In this document: in pieces, positions 40,322 through 49,997 of the stretch
Position numbering within the stretch: position 1 is the stretch's first letter
Layout: each line of letters opens with the position of its first letter
Assembly: GCA_964490105.1 (NCBI GenBank)
Contig: CAZAZU010000001.1
Span: 306,361 to 370,360, forward strand
DNA: 64,000 nucleotides
Direction: 5' to 3'
Source of the DNA: an uncultured Gammaproteobacteria bacterium
GTDB lineage: Bacteria; Patescibacteriota; Microgenomatia; Levybacterales; UBA12049
Position numbers and translations under genes: made by a program
The notes under the pieces: generated by a model
What the model was told of the DNA's origin: nothing
The model's input: only the letters and a program-made list of their open reading frames with translations
The model's database searches: none

Positions 40322-40379
40322 AAAAAAAGATTATATTAAAAAATTTACCTGTTGCATAGTGTGTTATAATAATTTTCCA

Positions 40380-40820
40380 ATGATTAAGATTCCTCTATTT
40401 CTTCTTCTCTTTCTACTATCTGCTATTCCTGCTTTTGCCGAAAGCTCAAGTAAGGTTGAGATTAATAACCGGGTAAATGTGAACTCGGATTCATCAACTA
40501 ATACTAATTGCCAGACCAAGATAAGAACAGAAACAAATGGAAATGTTACCGAATTTGAGTCAGATGATTGTGCTGATATATCTACAAAAACTACAAATGG
40601 TAAATCTGAAATAAAAGTAAACGGTGAAGTAATAGTTATAACTGGTACTTATCAAAATCCAAACACCTCAGGAACTCCAACCCCCACAATAAATGAGGAC
40701 AAAGATAATGACAATATTAATGATAAACTAGAAGAGTCAATTAAGTTTGTGGAGGAAGAAAAAAGCCTTATTGAAACAATTGAGAATTTAATTAAGAAAG
40801 TTTTTTCCGTTTTTGACTAG
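40380..40820 (+). CDS. Hypothetical secreted protein
   Basis: Signal peptide MIKIPLFLLLFLLSAIPAFA from ATG 40380, preceded by TGtTATAAT. Confidence 0.65.
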   Translation: MIKIPLFLLLFLLSAIPAFAESSSKVEINNRVNVNSDSSTNTNCQTKIRTETNGNVTEFESDDCADISTKTTNGKSEIKVNGEVIVITGTYQNPNTSGTPTPTINEDKDNDNINDKLEESIKFVEEEKSLIETIENLIKKVFSVFD

Positions 40821-43800
40821 ACCTAAAGGTTAAGTAATAAACTACCGGTATAAAGAAAAGCATTATAGTTCCCGAGAAAGTAAGACCTGCGATAATTGCT
40901 CCTCCCAGACCTCTCCACAATGGATCAGATAAGGTAATTGGCGTCAAACCTAAGATAGCTGTTAAAGACGTTAATGCGATCGCTTCAAGCCTGCTTGCTG
41001 CCCCCTCCGCAATTCCCTCAATGAAAGACATCTTTGTTTTTTCATTGGCCTGAATCTTATCTACGATTAAAATTGAATTCTTAACTACAATTCCGAATAA
41101 CGCTAGAACTCCGATTAACGCAGGGAAAGAAAGCGGTGTATTTGATAAAGCAAAAATAATAAATACTCCAGAAATTGAAAGCGGAATAACTAAAAGGACT
41201 ATAAAGGCTTTTCTAAATGATGAGAATTGTAAGACCATTGTAACTAGAATAAGTAAAAATGAAAGTATCATCGCAATTAAAATCGAATTAACAGATTCCT
41301 GATTTTCTTCGTTAACTCCACCTGTTTTCCATGAGTATCCTGATGGCAGATCCAGAGTATCCGCATATTGTTCAAGTTCTTTGTTCACATCTTGAATTGA
41401 GTAACCTTGTGTAACAGAAGCCGTCACAGAGATTGACCTCTTGGCATTTTCTCTAGTTATTAAAGTCGGACTGGTTGCCAACTCAAGTCTTCCAAGTGAA
41501 GTTAAAGGAATCTGTTCGCCGGTAACAGGGTTTGCTATCAATAGTTCATTAATGTTCTCGACAAATTGAGTGTCATCTGAAAATCTTAGCGTTATATCCT
41601 CCTCCGAGGAATCTTGGGCGTCAAATTTTACGCTTGATAGTTCAAGTCCGCTCGCATAAGTCCTTAGCGTTAATCCGATTTGCGAAGAAGATATAGAATT
41701 CTCAGCTAACTTTTGTTTATCCGGAATAAATGTGATCTTACTTGTTCCTGGCTTTATAGATTTATTTACATTAGCAGCTCCAGGCTTCGACTCTAAATAT
41801 GATGCGACCTCATCTGCGTATTTATCTAAAAGCGCTAAATCGTTTCCTAGTAATTTTATTTGGATGTCTGCTCCAGCTGGCGGTCCTCCGCTGGCTTCAT
41901 TTACGGAAAACTTCCCCTTGGAATAATCTGAGAATTGCTTTCTTATGTCCTCAGCTATTTCAAACGAACTTCTGTCCTTATCTTCTTCAAATACTAAAGT
42001 AAACAGAAAACTATTTGCTTCTGCCCCTCCTGCACCGCCAAATTCATCAGGAGCCTGACCTAGATTAAGTGAAACTGTTTCTACATCATCCTGTTTTTGA
42101 AGCTGAGAAAAAATATTAAGGGCCTCTTTTTTGGAAGTTTCAACATTTGTTCCAGGAGGAAGCTCTACGGAAACACTTAACTGATCAGCATCAGTCTTTG
42201 GGAAAAATTCATTCTTAACAAATCCTAATGGCACTAAAAGATATGAAAAAATTGAAAAAATCACTACTATTATTACAGTTGTTTTTAGCCATCTTTTTGA
42301 CGAAAGGATTTTAGTAATGAGTGCCTGATATCTGATGGATACGACTTCAAAACTAATAATACCTTGATCGAAGTATTTTCTATATTTTCTAGATGGTTTT
42401 GAAATTCTATTATCAAGTCCCTTAAAAGCAATGCTGCGAAGCTTATATAAAAGAAATAGAAATAATCCAAAGATTATGAATTCAACGAGTAACAATGGTG
42501 TTCTTCCTGAAATGGCAACTAGTGCTCCAGCTAAACCAACGGTAAAAAGAATTCCGAGTAATACTATTACTCTTTTTGGAGCTCTTGGCTTTAATAGATA
42601 GGCAATTATTGGAAGGGTAATAAACATTGCCACAAAGAATGATGCTATTAGGGTCGCTGATACTACAATTGGAATTGGTTTAATGAATTCCCCGATTATA
42701 CCTCCTGAAAGAAGTAACGGGATAAAAGCCCAAACTGTGGTTAAAGTCGTAGTGAAAATTGGGATGATGAAATCGCGCCAAACTAAAAGCCCTGTCTCTT
42801 GCGGAGTAAATTTTCCGGATCTATAGTAAGCAGTCATCGCTGAAATAACCACAATCGTGTCATCAACCAATAATCCCAAGGCTAAAAGAAGTGAAAAGAA
42901 AGAAATAAACGAAAGAGCAACTCCAAAAAAATTCATTATTCCAAAAGTGATTAAGAACGTTAAGGGGATCGAAATAGAAGCGACAACCGCCTGTCTTATT
43001 CCTAAGAAAATAAATAAAGCTATAAACACCAACGTAATAGTTAAAATAAAGTCACGAATTAATTCGTTAAATTGATCATCAATTTCCTTGGATACATCTG
43101 AAGTTGTAAAAATACTAAATTGACCATCGTACAACCCTAAAACCTCATCCGTTACTTCTTTCGCATCCTCTGCGGTAGCGCTTATATTGGCGTTCTCTGT
43201 TTTATAAATAGAAAAACTAACTGCTTGACCTGCCGGCTCCTTATGATCTGCTACAAAACTTTGAAGCTGTGAAGGCTTGGACCTTTTAGATACTGTCGCT
43301 ATATCGGAAAGATTTACAATGGCACTTCCCGAGTTAACTTTTATGTTTCTGATATCATCAATGTTAGTAAGTGCAGGATCTATGCTAAGAGTAAAACTTG
43401 ATGAATCAGTCTTTAACGTTCCTGCCGGGAAAGACTTAGACGCATTTGATAGTGCACCCATTAAAGTCTGGGGATTAAACCCATAAGTGGAAATAGCCTC
43501 TGGCTTTAAAACAATTTGAATCTCCTGCTCCTCAAGCCCCGAAATCCTAACCTGATCCACAGTGGAAATTGCCTCAAGCCTGTCTCTTAGAGTCTTTGAG
43601 AGCGTAATAAGAGATGCTGCATCACCCGTTTTACTTGTTAATGAAAACGACCAAACAGGAAATTGCTCAAAATCCACCTTGGTGGTGTTTGGTTTTTGAG
43701 CGTCAGCGGGTAAAGTTACAGAATCTACTGCTGCCTTTGTGTCACTCGCGGCTTTATCTGCATCTACCCCGGTGTTAAATTCAATCTGAATTAGAGAAAC

Positions 43801-44112
43801 AGAATCTCGGGAAGTAGAAGTAAAGGTTTTAATGTTCGAAACTCCGCCAATCTCATCCTCTAATGGATCTGTAACAAGCGATTCAACATCTGCAGGATTT
43901 GCTCCCGGTAGAACTGTACTGACAACTACATAAGGGATTTTTATTTCAGGATTAAGTCTCCTAGGAATACTCTTATAACTAAAAGCTCCGAAAGTTATGA
44001 TTATGATAAGGAGTAATACTAAAAGTCTTGGATTGGCTAAATACTTAGCTTGTATAGATGTAGCTAATTTTTTATCAAAGTGAAGATGTTTAAGATATGA
44101 CGCATGTTTCAT
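40792..44112 (-). CDS. RND (AcrB-family) transporter permease
   Basis: GLLVDDTIVV, GIVVKNSILIVD and SRL motifs; two large extracytoplasmic loops. Confidence 0.92.
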   Translation of the reverse strand: MKHASYLKHLHFDKKLATSIQAKYLANPRLLVLLLIIIITFGAFSYKSIPRRLNPEIKIPYVVVSTVLPGANPADVESLVTDPLEDEIGGVSNIKTFTSTSRDSVSLIQIEFNTGVDADKAASDTKAAVDSVTLPADAQKPNTTKVDFEQFPVWSFSLTSKTGDAASLITLSKTLRDRLEAISTVDQVRISGLEEQEIQIVLKPEAISTYGFNPQTLMGALSNASKSFPAGTLKTDSSSFTLSIDPALTNIDDIRNIKVNSGSAIVNLSDIATVSKRSKPSQLQSFVADHKEPAGQAVSFSIYKTENANISATAEDAKEVTDEVLGLYDGQFSIFTTSDVSKEIDDQFNELIRDFILTITLVFIALFIFLGIRQAVVASISIPLTFLITFGIMNFFGVALSFISFFSLLLALGLLVDDTIVVISAMTAYYRSGKFTPQETGLLVWRDFIIPIFTTTLTTVWAFIPLLLSGGIIGEFIKPIPIVVSATLIASFFVAMFITLPIIAYLLKPRAPKRVIVLLGILFTVGLAGALVAISGRTPLLLVEFIIFGLFLFLLYKLRSIAFKGLDNRISKPSRKYRKYFDQGIISFEVVSIRYQALITKILSSKRWLKTTVIIVVIFSIFSYLLVPLGFVKNEFFPKTDADQLSVSVELPPGTNVETSKKEALNIFSQLQKQDDVETVSLNLGQAPDEFGGAGGAEANSFLFTLVFEEDKDRSSFEIAEDIRKQFSDYSKGKFSVNEASGGPPAGADIQIKLLGNDLALLDKYADEVASYLESKPGAANVNKSIKPGTSKITFIPDKQKLAENSISSSQIGLTLRTYASGLELSSVKFDAQDSSEEDITLRFSDDTQFVENINELLIANPVTGEQIPLTSLGRLELATSPTLITRENAKRSISVTASVTQGYSIQDVNKELEQYADTLDLPSGYSWKTGGVNEENQESVNSILIAMILSFLLILVTMVLQFSSFRKAFIVLLVIPLSISGVFIIFALSNTPLSFPALIGVLALFGIVVKNSILIVDKIQANEKTKMSFIEGIAEGAASRLEAIALTSLTAILGLTPITLSDPLWRGLGGAIIAGLTFSGTIMLFFIPVVYYLTFRSSQKRKKLS

Positions 44113-44116
44113 TCAG

Positions 44117-45616
44117 TTAATTAATTGGCTTTACCGGATCTCCCTGGATCACATTTCTATTAAGAATAACTTGATCAGATTCCGATAATCCTTTTGTCAC
44201 CTCAACAAAGCGTCCTACAACTTGTCCAAGGCTTACTTTTCTACTTTCCGCTTTTCCATTCTTAACTACAAACAAATATGCCTGATCTTGAGTCTGGAAA
44301 ACTGAATCAATTGGCACAAATGGAATAACACTTCCCGTATTTGGGAAATCTACTGGAATCTCGATTGTGATATATCCTTTGTCGGTTACGAACGAAGCAT
44401 ATTCAGCGGGAATTGCGTATTGAGCTGTGTAAAGTGAACCATCAGTCGCTTCTTTGGAAACATAAAACGGCACCGACTCAAATGACTCGCTTCCTACATG
44501 AAGAGTTGATGCGCTGGCTCTGCCGACCCCTTGAGCAACTTCTCGATTTAGAAAAGCTACAGCGATCAGACTTTCAGATGCGCCTGAAACTTGAGCTATT
44601 GGCATTCCAGGAGAAAGAACCTGTCCTTCTCTCACAAAAATTCTCTCCACCACACCCGCAACTGGACTTGCTGGATACATAAGAGCTTCATTAATTTGAG
44701 CTAGTGTAAGACTAAGGCGTGTTACCTCCAGATTAAGACCAAGGGCTTTTTTCTGAATTTCCAGCTGCTTTACAGCAATGTCTTTTGATAGATTAGAGAT
44801 TTCTGCTGGAATCTTATCAGACGACCCGCTGTATTCAGAAGCTCTAAGACCTGCTTCTAACTGACTGTTTCCAGACATGAGCTGACTTCTCAATTGTTTT
44901 GTTTGTAGAATCGCCGAATCATTTGCTCCGCCCACATTTGTAGCCTCCAGTTCATTCTGTTGCGCCTCAAGGGTAGTTAGTATTTCATTGTTAAGCCCGA
45001 TTAAACTTCTGGTAGACTCAAGCGATTGATTACTAATACTTCGAAGTTCATCCGCATTTTGATCTGATTTTTCTGCTAATTCTTTCTGCTTATCAATTAA
45101 TTCAACATTTGTTTTATACGTATCTTTTGCATTTTTATATTGGGCTCCCGCCAACTGCCTTTGAACCGAAAAAGCATTTCCCCCCTGATAATTCGTAGAC
45201 ATTGATATTAAGTTTGTACCCGCTCCTATTTCTTGGCCTACTTCAACATTTATACTTTGTACTACTCCAGCCCCAAGAGATACTACTCTAATAACTCCTG
45301 ATTTTTCGACCTGCGCTTGAACTGTAATCTTCGGAGACTGACCTATCGTATACACCTCTACCTCTTTTGTTGGGAGAGAAGTCTCAGTGGCTTCTGGTTT
45401 TGGTTTATTAATAACGTTACTGATTATGATCAAACCTAGAAGCATTAATAGAAGTCCAAGAAATGTAGCAACCGGTCGCTTTTCTGCGTGACCTATAAAT
45501 TTTTTGTAGTAAACTTTTCTTTTTTTATTTGCGATTTCCAAACGAGGACTTAATGTTTTTCGCGCTTTAAGATAATTTTTTCTAACAGACTTATATAAGT
45601 TATTTAATAAATTCAT
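44117..45616 (-). CDS. RND periplasmic adaptor (membrane fusion protein)
   Basis: Single TM, lipoyl-like repeats, long coiled coil and VEVTKGLSESDQVI; adjacent to the RND permease. Confidence 0.85.
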   Translation of the reverse strand: MNLLNNLYKSVRKNYLKARKTLSPRLEIANKKRKVYYKKFIGHAEKRPVATFLGLLLMLLGLIIISNVINKPKPEATETSLPTKEVEVYTIGQSPKITVQAQVEKSGVIRVVSLGAGVVQSINVEVGQEIGAGTNLISMSTNYQGGNAFSVQRQLAGAQYKNAKDTYKTNVELIDKQKELAEKSDQNADELRSISNQSLESTRSLIGLNNEILTTLEAQQNELEATNVGGANDSAILQTKQLRSQLMSGNSQLEAGLRASEYSGSSDKIPAEISNLSKDIAVKQLEIQKKALGLNLEVTRLSLTLAQINEALMYPASPVAGVVERIFVREGQVLSPGMPIAQVSGASESLIAVAFLNREVAQGVGRASASTLHVGSESFESVPFYVSKEATDGSLYTAQYAIPAEYASFVTDKGYITIEIPVDFPNTGSVIPFVPIDSVFQTQDQAYLFVVKNGKAESRKVSLGQVVGRFVEVTKGLSESDQVILNRNVIQGDPVKPIN

Positions 45617-45721
45617 TTTTGAGGGTTTAGCCTGAATTATTTAGGCACACCCTGAAGGGCAAGTCGAGGCAGATTGAGGCAGGAGAAGATTATATTAAAG
45701 CTTAAGCCTAAAGTCAATTAA

Positions 45722-46204
45722 TTAGTGTACCCTTGACTGAGGCCTCATCGGAAAATCTACATTTGCACTCGCATGCTGCAAATTTTCAGATACAGGTGAT
45801 ACGCTCAATTGTCCTAATGCAGCGATTACCAAAGGATCTAATTCCATTTCTTTTGTCCTTTGACCAAATAGTCTAATGTCAGCTACTTTTGGCGAGCTGC
45901 CTTCCCAGTTAGCACTTGCCATTCCAGCCATAACAATATCATCATTTCTTAAAACAACAATAGTTAAAAAGTGTGGCTTCAAAGATACTGTTCCAAGGGG
46001 CATAACTTGCGCAATGTAATCGATGGGGCCGTCTTCATTAAATCGAAAACTTCCTTCAAAACTTGTGGCACTTCTACCAGCTATGCGATTTTTTACATAT
46101 ACAAGGCTAAAAAGCGATTCCCATTGTCTCTCTGCTTGACTGGCAAGCTCAAGCTGAAGAATTCCGATTCTTTCTCCCTTAGGACCATTTTCTCTGCTAC
46201 CCAT
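45722..46204 (-). CDS. Hypothetical protein
   Basis: 160 aa ORF with TGtTATAAT 8 nt upstream of the ATG. Confidence 0.6.
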   Translation of the reverse strand: MGSRENGPKGERIGILQLELASQAERQWESLFSLVYVKNRIAGRSATSFEGSFRFNEDGPIDYIAQVMPLGTVSLKPHFLTIVVLRNDDIVMAGMASANWEGSSPKVADIRLFGQRTKEMELDPLVIAALGQLSVSPVSENLQHASANVDFPMRPQSRVH

Positions 46205-46232
46205 AGGCTGGGATTATAACACAACTAAATTC

Positions 46233-46263
46233 TGGCCTCGCAAGGGGACGCCTTGCGAGGCTA
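46233..46263. repeat. GC-rich palindrome (REP-like hairpin)
   Basis: gcctcgcaagg (46235-46245) and ccttgcgaggc (46251-46261) form a perfect 11-bp inverted repeat with a 5-nt loop. Confidence 0.75.
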
Positions 46264-46332
46264 ACTCATCAAGATCAGATAATATTACGAGGCTGTTGAT
46301 TTACTACGGGGCGTCCTGTATAATTGCGCCTT

Positions 46333-47358
46333 ATGCAAATTAGAGAACAAGGTGTCACACAAGCACAATATTCTAGAAGAGAAGTCCTAGAAAAATCTGC
46401 AAGAACCGCAGCTGTAATGGTAATGATGCCACTTGCCGCAGGCGCTATAGAAGGCTGCGGCCAAACAGGCACTTCAAGTGAAGTTTATCGTGGGCCTTTC
46501 AACGAACTCGAAGGAAGACCTCTTATAACCGATGAAAGATTTAAAGCTTTAAAAGATGCCCTAGTGGGTTCAGGTGATCCGCTCCTTGGAAAAATCGGAA
46601 AAGATGCAGCTAACTTAAAAAGCGGTAATGTAGATCTTAGCGAATTCCCCGACTTCGTAAATCCATCAACCTTTCCAATGGTTATCACTAGAGATATGTC
46701 AGGCCAATCTCTTGCTGCACTAAACTCTGATGGCGAAGAAAGCGATGGATTTTTACTCGGTAATGAATCAGGTATGAGAGAAATTAAGTTTATTAAGCCA
46801 CTTTCAGTTGCAGTAAATGTAGGATCTGATTCAGTGCTAGATAAATCTGATCCTATTGAAGAATCATTATTTCTAGCAAAAGAGACTTTAAATTTAATGC
46901 TAGATACTCAAGTATTTGCAGAAGTTGATCAGCTTCTTATTCCCGTAGATCAAGCACTTTATAATTCTAACGGCACTCCTATTACAGATAGGGACACTGT
47001 TGAGCGAGCTGGATATTCTGTAGGATTCCGCGAAATGTCAGCAAAAGATTCTCAGTTATCAGCAGTTTTAGATATTGCTCCAGCTTTAATTATGGCTCCT
47101 TCAATTATAAGGCTCCTTGATTCAGGGAAAATTTCACTGGGAAGTGAACCTCTTGGTAACTTCTTTACTGTTGCGGATTATGTAATGAGTAATCCAGCTC
47201 TTTATGAACTTTGCATTAGACTTAACGAAACCTGGGCAAATTCTGATAGAGTAACTGGACCCGAGGCATTTGTTTTTGAGCTTGTTCAACCAGCAATTCT
47301 AGATGCCATAACTGCAATTCAAGGAAGATTATACACCGGCCAGCCTCAATCCAACTAA
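46333..47358 (+). CDS. Hypothetical lipoprotein-like protein with twin-arginine-like N-terminus
   Basis: SRREVL followed by a hydrophobic stretch and IEGC; TATAAT 8 nt before ATG 46333. Confidence 0.65.
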   Translation: MQIREQGVTQAQYSRREVLEKSARTAAVMVMMPLAAGAIEGCGQTGTSSEVYRGPFNELEGRPLITDERFKALKDALVGSGDPLLGKIGKDAANLKSGNVDLSEFPDFVNPSTFPMVITRDMSGQSLAALNSDGEESDGFLLGNESGMREIKFIKPLSVAVNVGSDSVLDKSDPIEESLFLAKETLNLMLDTQVFAEVDQLLIPVDQALYNSNGTPITDRDTVERAGYSVGFREMSAKDSQLSAVLDIAPALIMAPSIIRLLDSGKISLGSEPLGNFFTVADYVMSNPALYELCIRLNETWANSDRVTGPEAFVFELVQPAILDAITAIQGRLYTGQPQSN

Positions 47359-47371
47359 CTTTTAAATGGGC

Positions 47372-47401
47372 AAAAGCCTACCGGTTAAAGTAGGCTTTTT
47401 T
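47372..47401. terminator. Bidirectional intrinsic terminator
   Basis: aaaagcctac-loop-gtaggctttt between convergent genes. Confidence 0.8.
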
Positions 47402-47418
47402 AAGAAACAAGACTAAGC

Positions 47419-48474
47419 TTAGAAAATCATACTTTGATCGTGTCCGTTATTCTTTTCTGGCTTATCTTTTTTATCCTTTTTATCAGGCTTACTATTATCC
47501 TTATGTTTTTCTACATAAGAAACACAAGCTCCCTGATTTTTGAATGATGGATTATTAAATTTCTCCCATCCACCGTTCTTGCACTCATTTTTAGAAGTTG
47601 GCGGTCCAACTAAAACAGGTCCGCTTAATAAACTTAAATTGTCGATTAAGAAACCATTTCCTAATGTAGCAGGAGCAGCTGTTCCTCCAGTTCTAAATAA
47701 AAGTGAGTCAACTGGGCGTGTTGGATTCCCTTCACAATATCTAAAGTAATCTTCCCAGCTTGTTCCTGTGTGCTTTAACACTCCGTCTACGTAGATTTTT
47801 ACAACGTCATTTCTTTCTCCGTCTACAAAATCTACTGAGAACTTAATAGAGTGTGGAGCTGATCTAGATATTGTTGCTATATCGGTCTCTATGAAATCAT
47901 CACCGACTCCGCAACCATTCGTGCTGTCTCCAACTGATCCGCCGAATGGCGCTATATCTTGATAATCATCGAAGAAAACATGTATTCCGTCAGCTTGATC
48001 CTCAAATCTTAAATAGCTCATTCTTGCTCCGTCTCCCCTATCAGGAGATACGGACATTACGAGTCCTACTTGTTGAGATCCTGGAACTGCTGAAGCTATA
48101 GAAAATTCACTTTCGAAGTGTCCTTGTCTTACTCCTCCGCTCATACCGTTATTTACTGCTGAAGTTTCTCCAGCCTCATTACTTAGAGACTTTGAAAATG
48201 TTTGATCACCAAAACATCCGCTTGTAACTCCATTTGAAATTCTAAATGATTGTGCTCCAAAAGCGGCATATCCATAAGAATTTACAGAGACAGAGTGATC
48301 GTAAATTGCACATCCAGACCCTGCAGCTCCTGTACTGCTCCATCCATCTTGAGCGTTAATTACACCGAGATTGTATGGTGGATTTTCGAAATTAACTGAA
48401 AGAGAGTCAGCCGAAGCGGATCTTGCTAGAAGGAAAAATGACAAAACAAAGAAAACTGAAATAATTTTTTTCAT
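47419..48474 (-). CDS. Secreted beta-rich (lectin/ConA-like) protein
   Basis: Signal peptide ending ASA, C-terminal CKNGGW...FKNQGACVSY motif, and SD-like AAAGGGGGTGA upstream of ATG 48474. Confidence 0.7.
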   Translation of the reverse strand: MKKIISVFFVLSFFLLARSASADSLSVNFENPPYNLGVINAQDGWSSTGAAGSGCAIYDHSVSVNSYGYAAFGAQSFRISNGVTSGCFGDQTFSKSLSNEAGETSAVNNGMSGGVRQGHFESEFSIASAVPGSQQVGLVMSVSPDRGDGARMSYLRFEDQADGIHVFFDDYQDIAPFGGSVGDSTNGCGVGDDFIETDIATISRSAPHSIKFSVDFVDGERNDVVKIYVDGVLKHTGTSWEDYFRYCEGNPTRPVDSLLFRTGGTAAPATLGNGFLIDNLSLLSGPVLVGPPTSKNECKNGGWEKFNNPSFKNQGACVSYVEKHKDNSKPDKKDKKDKPEKNNGHDQSMIF

Positions 48475-48566
48475 TATATTCACCCCCTTTCTTATGATTG
48501 GACTATAACAGATTGCTATATCAAGATAAATAGCACAATATGATCTAAATAGGATCAGTATTCTGA

Positions 48567-49958
48567 TTAATTTTTCGTTAGTATTTTTATCTTTTTTTCG
48601 TTACGGGGGTCCATTATGAATTTATTTAATATTCTATAGGTATCATAATCAAATCTATATTCTTTTCGAAGTGACTCTAAATCAAACGATTCATCTTTAA
48701 TACTTCCCAAATAACACCATTTATCTATCACATGCGACTCCTCCCTCTCCCCAAGTTCTTTTATAATGATTGGATTATCAAACCTCCAAGGTCTAATTTT
48801 TTTATTATAAAAACCCTCATCAAAACGAATATTATATTTCAAATTATTCTCCAATCCATTACATGCCCCTTTACATTGTCCTAAATGAAAATAAAAACAA
48901 AGTCCCTTGCCTTTTTCAAGACCGAGCAAACGAGGACATAAAGAATATTCCTTAGCGACTTTATGCAAAAATTCTTTTGTTTGTTTTATAGATTTGAAAA
49001 CTCCCAAAATATTTTCAATTTCACTGATATCGATTTCATCTAGTATTTTTATATCCACGCCGTTAAATCCATTCTCATTTGTAGTTCTTAAAAGAATAGG
49101 AAGCTTTCTGGACTCACGAAGAAGTCTATTAAACAAAGGCTTTTGCTCTTTAATAAGAGTCGACTCTAAAAGAAGCGCCCCAAGTTCCCCTGCAGTCTCG
49201 ATAAACTCTATGCTTCTTACTTCTCTACTTATTTTCATGTCAGTAGTTGAAAGATGATCATTTGAAAAATGCGATAAAACTCTATCTCTTATATTTATAC
49301 TTTTGCCGATATAGAGAACTGATCCATTTTCTCCATAAAAAATGTAGACTCCGGGATTTTCTGGAATTGTATCGAAAAATGCAGGGTCTATATTTGCGGG
49401 AAGTGTTGGCTTCTTCATAACAATCCCAATCGCCTGTTCGAAAAGATCCGGCTTTATAGAACCTTGAGCTTTCTGATAAAACTCCCATAAAACTTTTGCG
49501 TCATCAAATGCTCTGTGACGGTTCTCACATTTAATGTTAAAGTTTTGAATGATCGCATCAAGGTTATATCTTTTCTGATTTGGATAAAGAAGACGAGCGA
49601 GTTTTACTGTGCAAAAATGTTTGGAGGAGAATTTAACACCATATCTTTTAAATTCATTTCTAATAAATCCATAATCAAACCGCACGTTATGTGCGACAAA
49701 TATGGAATCTTCAAGAAGCGCAGAAAGCTCATCTTTTATTTCTTCAAATGTAGGCGCTTTCTCAAGAGCAGTTGCACTAATACCAGTCATAGATTGAATA
49801 AAAGGATCTACGTAAGTTTGGGGATTAACTAAAGTTTTAAACTCTTTTACTAATTCTCCTTCAACTACTTTTAAAACTCCGACTTCAATTATTCTATTAT
49901 ATGAAGCATTCAGGCCTGTGGTTTCTGTATCTATAAAACAGATGGACTTTGGCAGCAT
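48567..49958 (-). CDS. DEDDh exonuclease (Pol III epsilon-like) fused to a GIY-YIG UvrC/Cho-like domain
   Basis: IDTETTG, AHNVRFD, HRAFDDA, then PGVYIF...LYIGKS and ALLLE. Confidence 0.9.
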   Translation of the reverse strand: MLPKSICFIDTETTGLNASYNRIIEVGVLKVVEGELVKEFKTLVNPQTYVDPFIQSMTGISATALEKAPTFEEIKDELSALLEDSIFVAHNVRFDYGFIRNEFKRYGVKFSSKHFCTVKLARLLYPNQKRYNLDAIIQNFNIKCENRHRAFDDAKVLWEFYQKAQGSIKPDLFEQAIGIVMKKPTLPANIDPAFFDTIPENPGVYIFYGENGSVLYIGKSINIRDRVLSHFSNDHLSTTDMKISREVRSIEFIETAGELGALLLESTLIKEQKPLFNRLLRESRKLPILLRTTNENGFNGVDIKILDEIDISEIENILGVFKSIKQTKEFLHKVAKEYSLCPRLLGLEKGKGLCFYFHLGQCKGACNGLENNLKYNIRFDEGFYNKKIRPWRFDNPIIIKELGEREESHVIDKWCYLGSIKDESFDLESLRKEYRFDYDTYRILNKFIMDPRNEKKIKILTKN

Positions 49959-49997
49959 AGGAACTATACTTTAGCATTTCGCGACTTTTGCTTCAAG

